Source of the DNA: Spirochaetia bacterium
GTDB taxonomy: Bacteria > Spirochaetota > Spirochaetia > SZUA-6 > Bin103
Reading direction: 5' to 3'
NCBI GenBank assembly: GCA_965203905.1
Contig: CBDBDQ010000005.1
Span: 6,592,001 to 6,656,000 of the forward strand
Length of the DNA: 64,000 nucleotides
Below the pieces are notes generated by a model. The model saw only the letters and a list, made by a program, of their open reading frames with translations, did no database searches and was not told where the DNA came from. Position 1 is the first letter of the stretch. The number at the start of each line of letters is the position of its first letter. Shown here one piece after another: positions 60,610 through 64,000 of this stretch. Made by a program: the position numbers and the translations under genes.

Positions 60610-62258
60610 AAACAGGGCTGCAAGCCTATACTGGGGGTTAGTCTTCGAGGGAGCGCGAAGTAGGCCGGCGATGCACTGGTGTAGCGCCCTGCGGCGAACC
60701 CGTTGTCAAGCTTGGTCCCGAGGCCCGTGGCGTTGTCATTGGTGAGGCTCAGCCCGCGACCGGTTGCGGTGGTGATCCATCCCGATAAGGAGAATGCGCA
60801 GTTGCTTCACGCCTTGGCCGCTCCACTCATTCCCAGGAGGAGTCATGGCACGACGCAAACGCAGAAGCAAACGCAGCGGCAAGGGCAATCGCTCGGCGCA
60901 GCCGCAGGTGGTGCACCCCGAGGCGGCAGGCCTGGATGTGGGCGCCACCATGATCTACGCGGCGGTACGCGCTGAGCGCGCCGAGCAGCCGATCCAATCG
61001 TTCCCGACCTTTACCCGCGATCTGCATGCCTTGGCCGATTGGCTGAGTACCTGCCAGGTAACCACGGTGGCCATGGAGTCGACCGGCGTGTACTGGATCC
61101 CGGTGCACCAGATCCTGGAAGCACGCGGCTTCGAGGTGGTGCTGGTCAACGCTCGCCACGTGCGCTCGGTGCCCGGTCGCAAGAGCGACGTCGAGGACTG
61201 CGAATGGCTGCGTTGCCTGCACTCGGTAGGGTTTCTGCGCGGCTCGTTCCGACCGGCTGACGAGGTATGTGCGGTGCGCTCCTTGTTGCGCCATCGCGAC
61301 AGCGTGATCAAGACCGCCTCCCGCAGCGTACTGCACATGCAGAAGGCGTTCGATCAGATGAACGTCCATCTGCACCACGCGATCTCCGATCTGACCGGGC
61401 TCAGCGGCCTGGCCATCACCGACGCCATCCTGGACGGAGAGCGCGACCCGACGCGCTTGGCGAAGCTGGCGCACCCGCGGATCAAGGCCAGCCGTGCCAC
61501 CCTGATCAAGGCTCTGGAGGGTGATTGGCGCAGCGAACATCTGTTCACCTTGCGCCACGCACGCCAGACCTATGCGCACTACCAGCAGCTCATCAGTGAG
61601 TGTGACCAGGAGATCATGGCCCGCATCCGCGCGTTCGAGCAGACCCAGGAGCCGCCCGCCGCGACCGCTACCGACCAGCAACCGCCGGAATCCCCTGAAC
61701 CGGGCCCGGAACCGCCTGCGTCGCCTCCGCAAGCGTGCAACATGAAAGCCCACCTGACGCGGTTGTTCGGCACCGACCTGACCCTCATTCCCGGTATCGG
61801 CGACACTACCGCGCTGGTGCTGTTCAGCGAACTCGGCCCCGATCTGTCACGCTTTCCGAGCGCCGCGCAGTTCGCATCCTGGTTGAACCTCTGTCCGCAG
61901 AACAAGATCACCGGCGGCAAGGTGATCAGCTCTCAGACGGGGCCCGGCGCCAACCGTGCGGCACAGGCGCTGCGCATGGCAACCCAGACCCTGTACCGCA
62001 GCCACTCCGCGCTCGGTGACTTCTTCCGCCGCAAGCGGGCCCGCGTCGGCTCCCCGCAGGCGATTACCGACACCGCCCACAAGCTGGCGCGCATCATCTA
62101 CCACCTGGTGACCCGCCACGTCCTCTACGATGACAACGTTCTGCTCCAGCAACAGCGCCAGGACCGTAAACGCCATGAACGGCGACTTCGAAATCAGGCC
62201 CGCGCTCTCGGCTTCAAACTCGTTCCGGAGGCTGCCTGAATGCTTGGTTTCTAAGGAG
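60610..62258 (+). mobile_element. IS110-family insertion sequence (left end uncertain by a few bp)
   Basis: DEDD transposase, ~230-bp non-coding left end with TATACT -10, short right end GTTTCTAAGGAG. Confidence 0.75.
60845..62239 (+). CDS. IS110-family transposase/recombinase
   Basis: AGGAGG RBS; GLDVG, AMESTGVYW, KSDVEDC, IPGIG, WLNLCP...TGGK, AHKLARIIY. Confidence 0.95.
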   Translation: MARRKRRSKRSGKGNRSAQPQVVHPEAAGLDVGATMIYAAVRAERAEQPIQSFPTFTRDLHALADWLSTCQVTTVAMESTGVYWIPVHQILEARGFEVVLVNARHVRSVPGRKSDVEDCEWLRCLHSVGFLRGSFRPADEVCAVRSLLRHRDSVIKTASRSVLHMQKAFDQMNVHLHHAISDLTGLSGLAITDAILDGERDPTRLAKLAHPRIKASRATLIKALEGDWRSEHLFTLRHARQTYAHYQQLISECDQEIMARIRAFEQTQEPPAATATDQQPPESPEPGPEPPASPPQACNMKAHLTRLFGTDLTLIPGIGDTTALVLFSELGPDLSRFPSAAQFASWLNLCPQNKITGGKVISSQTGPGANRAAQALRMATQTLYRSHSALGDFFRRKRARVGSPQAITDTAHKLARIIYHLVTRHVLYDDNVLLQQQRQDRKRHERRLRNQARALGFKLVPEAA

Positions 62259-62385
62259 CGTGCGCAGACTCGACTGACTCGACGACTGGACTCGACTTGA
62301 ACATCGTCTTCCAAGTCACGGACTGACCGTGCCGAATCCGTTGCGCCTCGCACCTTGGAGACGATAGATTTCAGTGCGGAACGTA

Positions 62386-62980
62386 ATGAGCACGCCACCC
62401 ACGCACCCGCGCATTCCTACGGCGAGGCCGACTTCAGCGCATCCGCCTCAACCGGTGGCGGTACGTCGACAAGACCCGCTTCCTGCGGCGTCTGGAGGAG
62501 GAGCGCTACGCCTTTCTCATCCGTCCGCGCCGCTTCGGCAAGTCGCTCGGGGCGTCGGTCTTGGAGAACTACCACGACCGCTTCTGGGCGGACGGCTTCG
62601 ACGCCACCTTCGCCGGTACCGACATCGGGCAGCACCCGACCGGGGAACAGAGCCGCTATGTCACCCTCGCTTCGACTGTTCAAACGTCAACGACGCGCTC
62701 GACACCCTGGAGCGGGAGTTCACTCCTTCACCCACGGCGGCGGCTTCTACCGCAACTTCTTCGCCACCCTGAAGTCCGGGGCGGGGCGCACCGGCGGCGG
62801 TCTGGAACGGCTGTTCATCACCGGGGTGTCACCGGTCACCATGGACGACGTGACCAGCGGCTGCAACATCGGCTACAACGTCAGCCTGGAACCCGACCTC
62901 AATGAGATGGTCGGCTTCACCGAGGCGGAGGTGCGGCACCTGGTGGAGACGGTACCGGGAGCTGGGCGTGCTCAATGAGG
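62386..62980 (+). pseudogene. AAA-ATPase-like (PF09820-type) gene remnant
   Basis: IPYGEADF, YVDKT, RPRRFGKS, LFITGVSPVTMDD across frames, with deletions. Confidence 0.82.
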
Positions 62981-63364
62981 ACGCTGCGACCGCCATGGGC
63001 ATCATGGGCGCAACATAGCGCGCCATAGGGCGTCATTGGGCGCGCTTCCGCCAGGCCCGGATTTGCCGGGCCGCTATGGCCTGTTCCACGTCTGCGAGGA
63101 GAATCACGGCCAACACGGTACGGATGGGAACGGTCTCACCCGCGCCTACCAGGATTGTGAGCTACGACGCCCGAGGCGTTGGACTCCAACTCCGTCTCGA
63201 TCCTGGCAGTCTCTTTCGCTACCAGGGCGTCGCCCTCCTGGATGGGATCGCCTTCGTTCTTCCCCTGACGCTCGTTCCCCCCTCCGGGGCCGCGTGGGCC
63301 GCGCACGTTGACTTCTTTTCCCGACCGCCGACAATGGGGCCGGCGGGACAACGCGAGGAACGCG

Positions 63365-63760
63365 GTGACAAAGATACGCGTGGCAACATTGGACGGCCCG
63401 AATACGCTGCCGAGGATCCGTAGCGTACGGCGACCGACGGTACCGGACCGTGCCGGGCTCATTCGCATCGTTGCCTGTGGCGTCTGCGGCCCGGATCTTC
63501 ACATTCTGCGCGGACGTTGGCCCAAGCCTCTTCCCGGGCCGCTGACTCTGGGTCACGAACTGGCCGGACTCATCGACGAGAAGGGCCCGGACTGGAGGCC
63601 GACTTCATGGGCCGGGCCCTCGCCGCCGGCGACAAGGTCAGGTTGCCACCGCTCATGCCGTGCGGCGAATGCTACTATTGCGTGCATTACCCGACGCGGA
63701 CCGACAGGTGCCTCAACCCGACCTGTTACGGTCGCTACATTCCCTTCGAGCAACCACCGC
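63365..63760 (+). pseudogene. Zn-dependent alcohol dehydrogenase N-terminal fragment
   Basis: CGVCGPDLH, LGHELAG, PCGECYYC; frameshift near 63590; no Rossmann domain. Confidence 0.8.
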
Positions 63761-63800
63761 GAGGCGCGCAGCGCGCCGACCATCGCGGTAGGATGAGGCG

Positions 63801-64000
63801 ATGACCCGGCGCCGACTGCCTATCGGCATGCAGACGTTCCGCACGCTCCGAGAGCAGGACTGCTACTACGTGGACAAGACGGCCTACGTGGAGCCGCTGC
63901 TTCGCGGCGGCACGCACTACTTCCTGTCGCGACCGCGGCGGTTCGGCAAGAGTCTGTTCCTGGACACGCTGAAGGAGCTGTTCGAGGGCAGCGAGGCGCT
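63801..64000 (+). CDS. AAA-ATPase-like (PF09820-type) protein, partial at window edge
   Basis: MTRRRLPIGMQTF...YYVDKT...FLSRPRRFGKSLFLDTLKELFEG. Confidence 0.85.
   Translation, partial: MTRRRLPIGMQTFRTLREQDCYYVDKTAYVEPLLRGGTHYFLSRPRRFGKSLFLDTLKELFEGSEA

Noticed and set aside
62266-62297. GACTCGAC short tandem repeats after the IS110 end
   Set aside because: Three short degenerate units with no supporting context.

Overview
High-GC bacterial accessory region with no rRNA, tRNA or CRISPR array. The gene content resembles marine-sponge symbiont genomes (Spirochaetaceae-like; inference only). From left to right: a GmrSD-type nuclease, a sulfatase/sialidase/ABC catabolic block, an ATPase + 41-aa TPR-repeat gene pair, oxidoreductases, four tandem paralogous family-5 (Opp/Dpp-type) ABC cassettes without ATPase genes interleaved with toxin-antitoxin modules, a 4.3-kb four-gene Mu-like transposon, an IS110 element and many truncated or frameshifted genes. 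The best candidates for something undescribed are: (1) a ~690-nt structured 5' leader RNA upstream of the substrate-binding-protein (SBP) genes, present in two diverged copies with compensatory base changes and conserved UNCG tetraloops; (2) a transposon (putative Zn-binding ORF, DDE transposase, ExeA-like ATPase, AAA_25/RepA-like helicase, iteron-like repeats) inserted into a hairpin loop of that leader; (3) a readable bridge-RNA-like region in the IS110 left end. All calls come from reading motifs by eye; no database searches or folding programs were run.
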